Shown: positions 8,457-16,529, counted from the first letter of the stretch. The stretch: 25,443 nt of DNA from a virus (IMGVR_UViG_3300029891_000010:1-25443); one strand, 5' to 3'. Made by a program: numbers and translations. Notes: generated by a model not told the origin, from the sequence alone.

Positions 8457-9160
8457 CACGCCCTCCGATACGCTGCCAGCGTCTGCCACAGGTTTTCTTG
8501 GATGCGAGGTTCGCGCGTGGCGACCCACCCATCGGCGATGAGAAGCTGATGCGCTTGACGAACAGCCCCGGTGGAGAACCCGTTGATATGGAATTCCAGA
8601 GCGATCTGCTTCAACGGATACTTCGTGAGGCGCGGCAGCAGATCAAACTCGGCCCCTTCGCAGTCGATCTTGGCGACCTCGATATCAGGGTGTTCACTGA
8701 AAATGTGTTCTACGCTGACACAAGAAACTTCGATCTGGAAGCGCCCACGGCGAGCATGGAGAGAGGAGTTGCCGGGGTTCTTGCCGGTGTTGCTGAGGAA
8801 CAGCGTGAGCGGCTCGGACGGAAGCGGGGTGAGCGCCGAATTGTAGAGCGTCACACGGTCGTGATATCCGGCCGTATTCAGATCCAGCATGTTGTAATTG
8901 TTCGGCTCTGGTTCGATGGAGACGACATGCTTTGCGCCCTTCTCCAGAGCCAGCTTCGTGAAGCAGCCGATGTTGGCGCCGATGTCGAGAACCACCTTGT
9001 CCTCGCATTCCAGAACACCATAGGCCGCATTGATCTCCTTCATGACATACTCGTCATAGGTATCAGCACGGCCTTTCATCGGCCCAGCGAAGCCCTTGGC
9101 CCTGATGTCGACGAGTTCACGCTCGTCGAATTCACCATCTTTGATCACACCATATTTCAT
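8456..9160 (-). CDS. FkbM-family SAM-dependent methyltransferase
   Basis: VVLDIGANIG, SIEPEPNNY, KIDCEGAEFDLL and LEFH motifs; AGGAG RBS. Confidence 0.92.
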   Translation of the reverse strand: MKYGVIKDGEFDERELVDIRAKGFAGPMKGRADTYDEYVMKEINAAYGVLECEDKVVLDIGANIGCFTKLALEKGAKHVVSIEPEPNNYNMLDLNTAGYHDRVTLYNSALTPLPSEPLTLFLSNTGKNPGNSSLHARRGRFQIEVSCVSVEHIFSEHPDIEVAKIDCEGAEFDLLPRLTKYPLKQIALEFHINGFSTGAVRQAHQLLIADGWVATREPRIQENLWQTLAAYRRA

Positions 9161-9708
9161 GAGTTTCTCCTTTTCCAGTGTTTATCGCCTACAGGCATCG
9201 TTCCATGAAGATGTTTGTCTTGCATATTTTCAGACTTTGTGGCCCACCGAAGATGGTTCGGATTCACGCAACTTGGATTTCCGCAGTAGTGCGCAGCCTG
9301 ATCTCTTTCACCTTTTGGTTCTCCAGGACAGACAATCCTGTGAACTGCTTCTCCTCCACACCAGCCATATCCGTCTTTATCTTTACCGTAAGGCCAAATA
9401 AGACAGTCATCGCCGGTATATTTCTTTGCTATTTCTATGAATTTCTCAGGTTCACCGTTCTTTGCTCTTTTATTTCTTTTAAATTCTGGTGATCCATATC
9501 TTAAATTTATCCTGTAGTGTTCTTCGCATAAACCTGTTTTTCCTCTCTCGATATTTTCACACAAATCTACTGAACATTTCTTTTTATACTTTTCTGGAAG
9601 ATCTGTTGTTCCATATCTATTGTATCTTGCTCTGTGCTTTCCACACATTCCAGCTCTCAGATGCCCTGAGTATTCGCATCCATCTACTGAACATTTTCCA
9701 AATGCCAT
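9157..9708 (-). CDS. HNH homing endonuclease with two N-terminal Cys/His repeats
   Basis: Start re-called to ATG 9708 (TAATG overlap with polymerase stop). CLIW...GYG...HR...AAHYCGNPSCVNPNHLRWATKSEN; visibly AT-rich compared with neighbours. Confidence 0.9.
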   Translation of the reverse strand: MAFGKCSVDGCEYSGHLRAGMCGKHRARYNRYGTTDLPEKYKKKCSVDLCENIERGKTGLCEEHYRINLRYGSPEFKRNKRAKNGEPEKFIEIAKKYTGDDCLIWPYGKDKDGYGWCGGEAVHRIVCPGEPKGERDQAAHYCGNPSCVNPNHLRWATKSENMQDKHLHGTMPVGDKHWKRRNS

Positions 9709-11786
9709 TATTCTACCGCCCTCAGTGAGCCCCAACTCTTCCCGACCTCGGTATCAACTTTAAAGGGGACCCAGATCTTCTGATCACCAACGGCACCAAG
9801 GATGCAGTCTCTCATGATATCTCCAGCCGCCTTGGCTTCTGCAACCGTGCCGAAGCTGCCGTCAGTCTCGTCGTGAACCTGCAATTGAATGAAGTGCCCG
9901 GCACGATCAAGTTCACAGATGGCCAGCTTGGTCTGGTCTGCACTGCTTCCCTGAATGATCCTGTTCAGCGCCTTGTGGGTGTAGTCGAATGTCCCATCAT
10001 CACGGCGCTCGAAGTTCAGTCTTCTGCCCAAGATGGTGGTGACGAAGCCACGGCTTTCGGCGCGACTGGTAGCAGTTTTCGCAAGCTCGCGGACGTATGG
10101 AACTTCCTGGTCGAACTTGTCGATAATCGCTTGGCCTTCTTCACCAGCGGCTTCACGAATGTAGCCTTTCTGGATTTCCATCTTATAGGCCATCGCTTCG
10201 CGCTGTGTCTCGAAATACTCAACGCGCTTGTTCTCTCGCCAGCCGTAGGTGACCATCCATCTGGTCGGCTTCTTGATATCACGGCAGAGTTTCGGCCCAC
10301 CTTCACCGTAGCACAGTCCAAGGAAAATATTCTTGGAGTAACCACGGTTGACCTTGTAATCGCCAGAATTCGTCTCCAGCCACTTCTCCACTTGGGTATC
10401 ACCGTGGATAAGTCTGGTCATCATATCGTGGTTGTCAGTGTTCGGATCGTTCTGGTAGCGGAGCGCCGCTTCCCTTGCCCGAGGGAGATCAAGCACCGCA
10501 GCGAAGTGCGTCGTCCACCGAGGTTCCTGCTGAGAATAGTCGTTACAGCCCCAGATCGCTCCAGGTTCAGGAACAAAGATCTTTCGCCATTCACCGGCGA
10601 TTTCAGGATCACGGTCAGGAGATGGTTGCTGCTGAAGGTTCGGGTCAGTTGCAGACAGACGACCGTAGCGAACGCCCTTCTGATCTCCCTCGTCGTCCTC
10701 TCGTGCGATCTGATGGAACTGGCAGTGCAGTCGGCCATTGACTGCATAACGCCTGATGCTCTGTGCGAAAGTGGTTCTGATCTTGTTGACCTTGCGAGCA
10801 CGAAGGATCGCTTCGCACACAGGATCGTCACTTCCACCAAGCAAGAAGCGATCGATCTGCGGAGCGCCGGTGCTGGTCCGCTGCAACCTCATGCCGATAG
10901 CTTCGAGAGCAGGTGCAAGAGCACCGGGTTTCCAGACATCGCCGAAGCCGATGCGAACACCAGTGCGATGCTTGATCAGATCGAGTGCGTCCTGCTCTTG
11001 CCGTTCAGTCCACGCCTCAATCTGTGCCAGCTTGTCAAAGTCAATGGCAACACCACGCCTCCGCATACGAACCAGCACAGGCAGAGTTCTGGTTTCCAAG
11101 TCCCAAATCTGCCGGAGACCTTCACGGTCGATGGTCTCCTCTTGGGCTCTGAGAATTTCCAGCGGAGAAGCAACGTCCTGCTCTCCATAAGCGCCGACGT
11201 ATCGACCCGGCAGACGCCACAGTCCTTTCTTGGGGTCAAGCCCAAGGGAGCGGGCAGCTTCCAGCAGGGTCTCCTCGTCCTTTGCCTGGATGCCGTGGCG
11301 TTCGCCGATATTCTTGAGCGAGTAGCTCAGGTGGAGTTCGTAGATAAGCGGATCTGCAATTTGAATGTCTCGGAATTTGGCGTCTTGATGCCAGTCGAAT
11401 CCATCAGCATATCCATAGTCAACGTCGTAGGCGAGGTTGGCTCCGACGAATTCTCCATCAAAGTCCTTAATCTGTTCTCTAAGATAGCCGAGAACGCTTT
11501 CGACAGGGAGATTATCGCCTCCTTCATGTCGGAAGGGGAGATAGTGCTTTGGCCCTCCGTCGATGGCGAAGCCCCAACCGACTGTATAACCATCTCGAAG
11601 TGAGCCCGATCCCATTTTGTTTCCGATGGACGGATCACGAGTTTCGGCATCGATTGCAATCCTCTTGGCCCCCTTCCACGACGGGAGGTCCGACATGGAA
11701 GGAAGTTGCCATTTCGCCTCAGGGGTGAAGAACCCAAGCTGGAGTGGACCTCCAGAGTTGGGGTCGCTTTTCTTTCTGATAACCAC
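9708..11786 (-). CDS. polA: DNA polymerase, family A, with 3'-5' exonuclease
   Basis: ExoI AIDAET, ExoII ANLAYD, GRLS..DPNLQQ, motif A DYSQQEPR, motif B KNIFLGLCYG, motif C QVHDE. Confidence 0.96.
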   Translation of the reverse strand: MVIRKKSDPNSGGPLQLGFFTPEAKWQLPSMSDLPSWKGAKRIAIDAETRDPSIGNKMGSGSLRDGYTVGWGFAIDGGPKHYLPFRHEGGDNLPVESVLGYLREQIKDFDGEFVGANLAYDVDYGYADGFDWHQDAKFRDIQIADPLIYELHLSYSLKNIGERHGIQAKDEETLLEAARSLGLDPKKGLWRLPGRYVGAYGEQDVASPLEILRAQEETIDREGLRQIWDLETRTLPVLVRMRRRGVAIDFDKLAQIEAWTERQEQDALDLIKHRTGVRIGFGDVWKPGALAPALEAIGMRLQRTSTGAPQIDRFLLGGSDDPVCEAILRARKVNKIRTTFAQSIRRYAVNGRLHCQFHQIAREDDEGDQKGVRYGRLSATDPNLQQQPSPDRDPEIAGEWRKIFVPEPGAIWGCNDYSQQEPRWTTHFAAVLDLPRAREAALRYQNDPNTDNHDMMTRLIHGDTQVEKWLETNSGDYKVNRGYSKNIFLGLCYGEGGPKLCRDIKKPTRWMVTYGWRENKRVEYFETQREAMAYKMEIQKGYIREAAGEEGQAIIDKFDQEVPYVRELAKTATSRAESRGFVTTILGRRLNFERRDDGTFDYTHKALNRIIQGSSADQTKLAICELDRAGHFIQLQVHDETDGSFGTVAEAKAAGDIMRDCILGAVGDQKIWVPFKVDTEVGKSWGSLRAVE

Positions 11787-11788
11787 GT

Positions 11789-12442
11789 TCAGTCATCTCC
11801 CTCATACCCAAAGGGAGCCGGATGCTCCGTGCGCCCCGAAAGGGGCTTTGTTGCGAGCTCTGTGGACGCGCTGGATGCGGGCGCTTGGGTGGTAGCACCA
11901 GCAGCGCCACCACAGGCCACGCCAGCCGGGGCAGCAGGGGCCGCGCCGGGGGTGGGCGGTAGGGTAGGGGCGGGGGCAGGGCTTGGCCGTCCCTGCCCCC
12001 TCTGAGCGTCCTGTAGCAAGGTGCGAATATGCTCCTTTGCCAGCACCAGCATTTCCTTCGGACAGGGGCCACTGAGAAGCTCCATGATGGACCTCTCGGC
12101 TCCGACCAGACCGTTGATTTCTACGAACCGGTCGGTGCAGACGCGGGTCTTGTAGCTGGCTTCGCGGTTGAACCTGTAGCCCGGCTCGACCTTCAAGATC
12201 GCCAGCATCTTGTCCACGTAGGTCATGGCTTTCCGAAGGTCAGCCTCGCCATTTTTCTTGCGCCACCGCGAGACATACTTCGTGGCGTTGCCGGGGAGGT
12301 AGCCCATGCCGATATCAGTGACCCAGTCCCAATGCTGATACTCGGCCTGATAGTGGTCGCCTCCTTCTTGGGCAACATAGCGATCACAATCACACATGCG
12401 TTTGTCGTGACCGCACTTATCGCAATTGGAGTGGCCCATCAT
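11789..12442 (-). CDS. DUF3310 (SaV-like) protein with N-terminal Cys cluster and low-complexity Pro/Ala tail
   Basis: QEGGDHYQ...YLPGNATKYVSRWRKKNGEADLRKA is the DUF3310 signature. Confidence 0.85.
   Translation of the reverse strand: MMGHSNCDKCGHDKRMCDCDRYVAQEGGDHYQAEYQHWDWVTDIGMGYLPGNATKYVSRWRKKNGEADLRKAMTYVDKMLAILKVEPGYRFNREASYKTRVCTDRFVEINGLVGAERSIMELLSGPCPKEMLVLAKEHIRTLLQDAQRGQGRPSPAPAPTLPPTPGAAPAAPAGVACGGAAGATTQAPASSASTELATKPLSGRTEHPAPFGYEGDD
11858..11917. repeat. Right copy of the bipartite inverted repeat (partner at 4486-4545)
   Basis: CTCTGTGGACGCGCTGGA (11858-11875), 31-bp spacer, CCACCACAGGC (11907-11917). Confidence 0.85.
11928..12000 (+). other. G-run cluster (G-quadruplex potential) with overlapping 10-bp hairpin
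   Basis: Eight runs of three or more G between 11928 and 11981; GGGGGCAGGG (11972-11981) pairs with CCCTGCCCCC (11991-12000). Confidence 0.6.
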
Positions 12443-12999
12443 TCACCCCCGATGTCGGACATCGTGTCCCAGGTATCGCTGCGAAGGGCGTAGTAGATGT
12501 CGACGATCTCCTCGGGATACTTGTGGCGATATTTCGCCATGTAGTTCTCGACGGCGGCATGTTTCGTCTGCATCATGCGATTGCCCATCATCAGCTGATC
12601 ACGGACCCAGCAGTAGAACTCCAGCATGTCGAGCCCAGAGAGCCACTTGGCTTCGTTCTCGTCCAGGTCTTGGATGCTGTCGCTGCCGAACACGATCGTG
12701 TTCAGATGCTCCTCGTATTCGGTCTGCTTGATCCGGTCCATGATACCGGCGACCTTGGCAGGGTGCGGAGTGTCACCAGTGACACGTTCCGGGATATCAT
12801 GCTCCAGGATGGCCCAGACGAGGCGGACAGGAGCATCCGGCCAGAGGATGCGCAACATGCAGAGCATATTGAACGTGTGCATCCCGACAGGGTGCGGACC
12901 GATCCCCGGCTGGGTGTGGGTCCGCTGAACGTTCGCGCCTTCACGGGCGAACTTGATCTTGGAGACGATGGGGTTCCGATCCTGATTGAAAGCATACAT
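12439..12999 (-). CDS. HD-domain deoxynucleotide phosphohydrolase (YfbR/DatZ-like)
   Basis: Start re-called to ATG 12999 (GGAGG RBS). VQR.H...VGMHTF...ILEHDIPERVTGDTPHPAK...DMLE. Confidence 0.85.
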   Translation of the reverse strand: MYAFNQDRNPIVSKIKFAREGANVQRTHTQPGIGPHPVGMHTFNMLCMLRILWPDAPVRLVWAILEHDIPERVTGDTPHPAKVAGIMDRIKQTEYEEHLNTIVFGSDSIQDLDENEAKWLSGLDMLEFYCWVRDQLMMGNRMMQTKHAAVENYMAKYRHKYPEEIVDIYYALRSDTWDTMSDIGGE

Positions 13000-13001
13000 C
13001 G

Positions 13002-14018
13002 TCAAATCCTCCGCTCGAGCCATTCAGTGCAGGCCATGCGCCAGTCCTCGGCGATGATCTGGTCGGCGAACGCCAAAGCGTTCTGCATGAAGTTGGGATT
13101 GTCCCGGTCCTTCCAGGCGAACCACGACTGCCACATGGGCGTCGCCACCTTCTTGAAGAAGCGGTCCTGGAGGCCGATCACCGGGCCTTGTTCCATGAAC
13201 ATGGTCAGGTCCTGGAACCATTGATCGATCGGACCGTTCACGATCGGGAAGGCACGGACCTTGCCCAAGGAGTAGGGATCGAAGCCGACGCCATTCTTGA
13301 CGACGTCACCATGCTTCTCGAGAGTGTTGTGGTAGGAATGGAAGTTCGTGCTGACCTGCCAGTAGGCTCCCATCGGAGCGCCCACCCATGCGGCCATGAC
13401 TTCCTGCAACACTGAGAAGTGGACAGCGTTCGCTCCGTAGGCACCCCAGATCATATCGTTGCTGCGATTGAACACTGTCATGTCCAGCTTGCCATAGGGG
13501 CTGATGCGGAACGTGCAGATCAGGTTGCAGGGGAAGTCCTTGCCGTTCATGCCGAGATCGCTGGACGCGTCCCACATTTGCAGCACGACCCGCCGATCGT
13601 CCGGGTTCTGACGCAGCAGAGATGCGATGGTCTCCAACTGATCGACCACCCCATCGCCATACTGACGGTCGCCCTCGGCAGGCGGGAACCAGTTCCGCCA
13701 GCGAGCGCCGTAGGCACCATGGAAGGTGACGCCGTCGTCGGAATAGTTGGCGATGTTCGACGAGAACTGGCTGATCCAGGCCACGTCACGCCGACCGGCC
13801 ATCATCCACAGGCTTTCCATGAAATGGAAGTAGGGGTTGGCGTCCCGTTCGGGGAAGAACAGCACCCGTTCCTCGGGCCGTTCATAGATGGTGGTGACGG
13901 GGGTCGGGAACACGCGAACAGGACCGTTGCGCGAGTCACGATCGACGCCGTCAACCTGCAACGATTGAAGCCCAAGAACAAGGGCTTCGCTCACGTTGCG
14001 GCCAGAGATGATCTTCAT
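13002..14018 (-). CDS. Thymidylate-synthase-family enzyme, probable dUMP hydroxymethyltransferase
   Basis: SRNG, RDANPYFHFMESLWM, catalytic DFPCN, RSNDMIWGAYGAN (Asn at the dUMP-specificity position), NFHSY. Confidence 0.88.
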   Translation of the reverse strand: MKIISGRNVSEALVLGLQSLQVDGVDRDSRNGPVRVFPTPVTTIYERPEERVLFFPERDANPYFHFMESLWMMAGRRDVAWISQFSSNIANYSDDGVTFHGAYGARWRNWFPPAEGDRQYGDGVVDQLETIASLLRQNPDDRRVVLQMWDASSDLGMNGKDFPCNLICTFRISPYGKLDMTVFNRSNDMIWGAYGANAVHFSVLQEVMAAWVGAPMGAYWQVSTNFHSYHNTLEKHGDVVKNGVGFDPYSLGKVRAFPIVNGPIDQWFQDLTMFMEQGPVIGLQDRFFKKVATPMWQSWFAWKDRDNPNFMQNALAFADQIIAEDWRMACTEWLERRI

Positions 14019-15310
14019 GCGAGAACTCCATATTGGTCGAACATCAGGTCTTCATATTTCTTGCGAATTGCAGGATCGTCGGTGCCGACCTGCATTCCGT
14101 CAAGACTGCCGAACGCCAGAGCGATCAGGTCTTGTGCGACCTGCCGACGATCGAATTGCCAGAGAAGTTCCCGGCCAGCAGCGATCATCTGATCAGCTTG
14201 AGATTTGTGCATGTGGCTTGCACGGATGACGATCTCGGCATAGTCCATGGCATCACGGGCTTCGCCGACATCGATGTAGTGTTCGCCGGCGACGAACAGT
14301 TCCGAACCCATGCCGCGAGATTGCGCCACAGGGACACAGCCACGGATCATCGCGTCCACGACCACGCGGTTCCAGTGACCGCCGACCAACGAGTATTTCT
14401 TGGACCAGGACGGATCGACGAGAACGCGAGCTTGGCTCAGCCACTGGTCGACTTCGGTTGTGTCCCAGTAGTCGTGGTGGACCATACCATTCGCCAGCGC
14501 AGCATCCCAGAACTTCTCGCCGGAAAAGTTGAAGTCAGGTCCTTCAACCACGCCGTGGAAATAGTTCTCTTTGCACTTGTCCTCGGAGGTCATGTATTGA
14601 TATTCGATCCCCTTGCCGGCGACCTCACGAAGTTCGCCCGGAAACTTCTTGGGCATGTAGGCGATGGCCTCGACGAGTTCATGAACATGCTTCCACGCCT
14701 TGAACGTCTGCATGTTGACGAACCCAGGACGCTTGGCGTCCCAGCCGATGATGTCACGGACCGGCTTGTCCTGCGGGTTCAAGATCAGTGCCCGAGGGAC
14801 AGTCAGGTGGTCGGCTCCGTTGAGAGCGCAGCCGTGGACGCAGGCGACCGCCGTGAGATGTTCCTGGATGTGAAGGATGTGCGGCGATCCGGCCTTGGCG
14901 TTGCCGTCGTGGATGAAGGCAATCTGCTTGACCTTGGGGTCCAGATCATAGAGGTCAGGCCACTTGTCGTTGCCGAGATGCTGCTTGTTCTTGGGCGGGA
15001 CCGGCACCGTCCAGATGACCATGTCGTAGCCATTCAGGATTTGCTGCGCAGACTGAACGCCGATCGAGGTCTTGTAGGGAATGCGCTGTTCGCGCTTGAA
15101 GTTCCAGCCCTTGCCCTGATGGAAAGGAATGCCGCTGGGACCGAGTTCGGTCGGACCGGTGCGATTGACGGAACTGACGCGATCAGCGTAGACCAGTTCC
15201 CGAAAATCAACTCGGTGGCCCAAGTCTTGCAGGCCACCGATCAGTTGTTCCGTGTGGTTGATAATGCCTCCGAGGTCCATGCAGGAATGGAGGGCCACGC
15301 ATATTTTCAT
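14015..15310 (-). CDS. GT-B fold glycosyltransferase, probable DNA/nucleotide-modifying enzyme
   Basis: N-terminal MKICV...GGI..H...L..GL..LGHRV and C-terminal ARVLVDPSW...RVVVDAMIRGCVPVA resemble GT4-like motifs; ATGA-coupled to the hydroxymethylase. Confidence 0.75.
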   Translation of the reverse strand: MKICVALHSCMDLGGIINHTEQLIGGLQDLGHRVDFRELVYADRVSSVNRTGPTELGPSGIPFHQGKGWNFKREQRIPYKTSIGVQSAQQILNGYDMVIWTVPVPPKNKQHLGNDKWPDLYDLDPKVKQIAFIHDGNAKAGSPHILHIQEHLTAVACVHGCALNGADHLTVPRALILNPQDKPVRDIIGWDAKRPGFVNMQTFKAWKHVHELVEAIAYMPKKFPGELREVAGKGIEYQYMTSEDKCKENYFHGVVEGPDFNFSGEKFWDAALANGMVHHDYWDTTEVDQWLSQARVLVDPSWSKKYSLVGGHWNRVVVDAMIRGCVPVAQSRGMGSELFVAGEHYIDVGEARDAMDYAEIVIRASHMHKSQADQMIAAGRELLWQFDRRQVAQDLIALAFGSLDGMQVGTDDPAIRKKYEDLMFDQYGVLA

Positions 15311-15340
15311 ATCGAGCTCCGGGTTATGCGGTATGAGACA

Positions 15341-15369
15341 AGCATAGCTTGCCGGGTGGCAAAAGACAA
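15341..15369 (-). promoter_or_regulatory. Sigma70-like promoter TTGTCT-17-TATGCT
   Basis: Intergenic, directly upstream of the glycosyltransferase-hydroxymethylase genes. Confidence 0.7.
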
Positions 15370-15372
15370 CTG

Positions 15373-15609
15373 CTAAGTGTCGTCGTCTCTGTCATTGTTA
15401 AGTGCCATCGCCTTCCCGAGAATGATAGCGATGGCAAGAACCGGACCGAAGCCCGACAGAATAAACATGAAGAAGGCCTCCGCTGGGGAGACCTTCTCTT
15501 TCTTGTCAGCATCCATTTGCTTGGAATACCACGTCAGGAAGATCGCATACCACACGAGCCACCACAGCGTGATCCAATACCAGATGCCCCCCACCCAGTC
15601 CAGGCTCAT
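15373..15609 (-). CDS. Small membrane protein (78 aa, two predicted TM segments)
   Basis: Two hydrophobic stretches, the first Trp-rich; ATGA overlap with the upstream gene. Confidence 0.7.
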   Translation of the reverse strand: MSLDWVGGIWYWITLWWLVWYAIFLTWYSKQMDADKKEKVSPAEAFFMFILSGFGPVLAIAIILGKAMALNNDRDDDT

Positions 15610-16529
15610 CGCGCTTTATACCTCGATCTCGGAGTCCCCTGCCCAAGACGGACGCGCTCATACTTATCGAACTCGCACAGGCCGAATTGGATATCAGTCG
15701 GGGACAGTTGTCCATACTCGGCGACAGGCCAGTAGCCTTCTTGCCAGAATGCAAGGTCCGAGATGATGGATCGGGCTTTGCTCTCGGACATACGAATGCT
15801 GACGTCGTAGTCCTCGAACAGGACGCGGCCACACCCACGAAGAGCGCCGGGTCCGATGGGCGTCCACTGCCACCAGTCTCGAGGGAACGAGAAGCGCCCG
15901 TCCTTTGGGTCATCAGTGACATCAGCCCAGAAAGCAGTGTAGGTCGTATCGATCAGAACTTCCTTCGCCATGAAGCCAGTTCCGCCGAACCCGTTCAGCT
16001 TTCGCATTTCCGTTGCGACCTTCTCCCAGCTTTGGGTCTTGGTCGCTACAGCCAGAATGGCCGGGATTGCCGCGTGTAGACCCTTGAGAAAGTAGTCGAC
16101 CACGACCTCTTGCTTCGGAGCAGAAATGCCTTGGTTCGTGATGACATAAGCTCCTGTGAACACACGCTCACGGTTCTCAAGTCGTTCCTCGGCCAGTTCC
16201 TTGATGCCCTCGAAGTCGAAGTCGTCATAGTCCTGCCACCCCACGGCTGCTGCGAATTCCCATGTCCCGAAGTATCGGAACAACGCACAGTTCATGAGAA
16301 CTGAACGCCGGTCATCCAAGAAGTGCGGATTGTAGAAACGCTCACGAAGCTCCCTGCTGGTCCGGTCATGATGACGCCGGACGTTTGTGAACTTGTAGGC
16401 CGAGAGGATTGGATCGTCAGTCCACTTCAGCTCATCGAACCCAACGGAAAGGCCCGCCTCCTTCCGGAGACGGACCTCCTCACGTTCCTTGAGGTAGTCA
16501 AAGAACGCGGCTGCACGAGGCAGTTCCAC
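15606..16529 (-). CDS. 5-hmdU DNA kinase-like protein (aGPT-Pplase1 / HMUDK helical family), 307 aa
   Basis: Start re-called to GTG 16529. F..Y..ERE......WTDDPILSAYKFTNVRRHHDRTS, LFRYFG, FTGAY, G.GFMAKEV..D, GPGALRG, DIQFGLCEFDKY.R. Confidence 0.85.
   Translation of the reverse strand: MELPRAAAFFDYLKEREEVRLRKEAGLSVGFDELKWTDDPILSAYKFTNVRRHHDRTSRELRERFYNPHFLDDRRSVLMNCALFRYFGTWEFAAAVGWQDYDDFDFEGIKELAEERLENRERVFTGAYVITNQGISAPKQEVVVDYFLKGLHAAIPAILAVATKTQSWEKVATEMRKLNGFGGTGFMAKEVLIDTTYTAFWADVTDDPKDGRFSFPRDWWQWTPIGPGALRGCGRVLFEDYDVSIRMSESKARSIISDLAFWQEGYWPVAEYGQLSPTDIQFGLCEFDKYERVRLGQGTPRSRYKAR

Noticed and set aside
8456-9160. DNA adenine or cytosine methyltransferase
   Set aside because: No DPPY/NPPY or PCQ catalytic motif; the motifs are FkbM-type.
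13002-14018. dCMP hydroxymethylase with T4-like glucosyl-hmC
   Set aside because: Asn rather than Asp at the specificity position, together with dCTP deaminase and an hmdU kinase-like gene, favours uracil chemistry.
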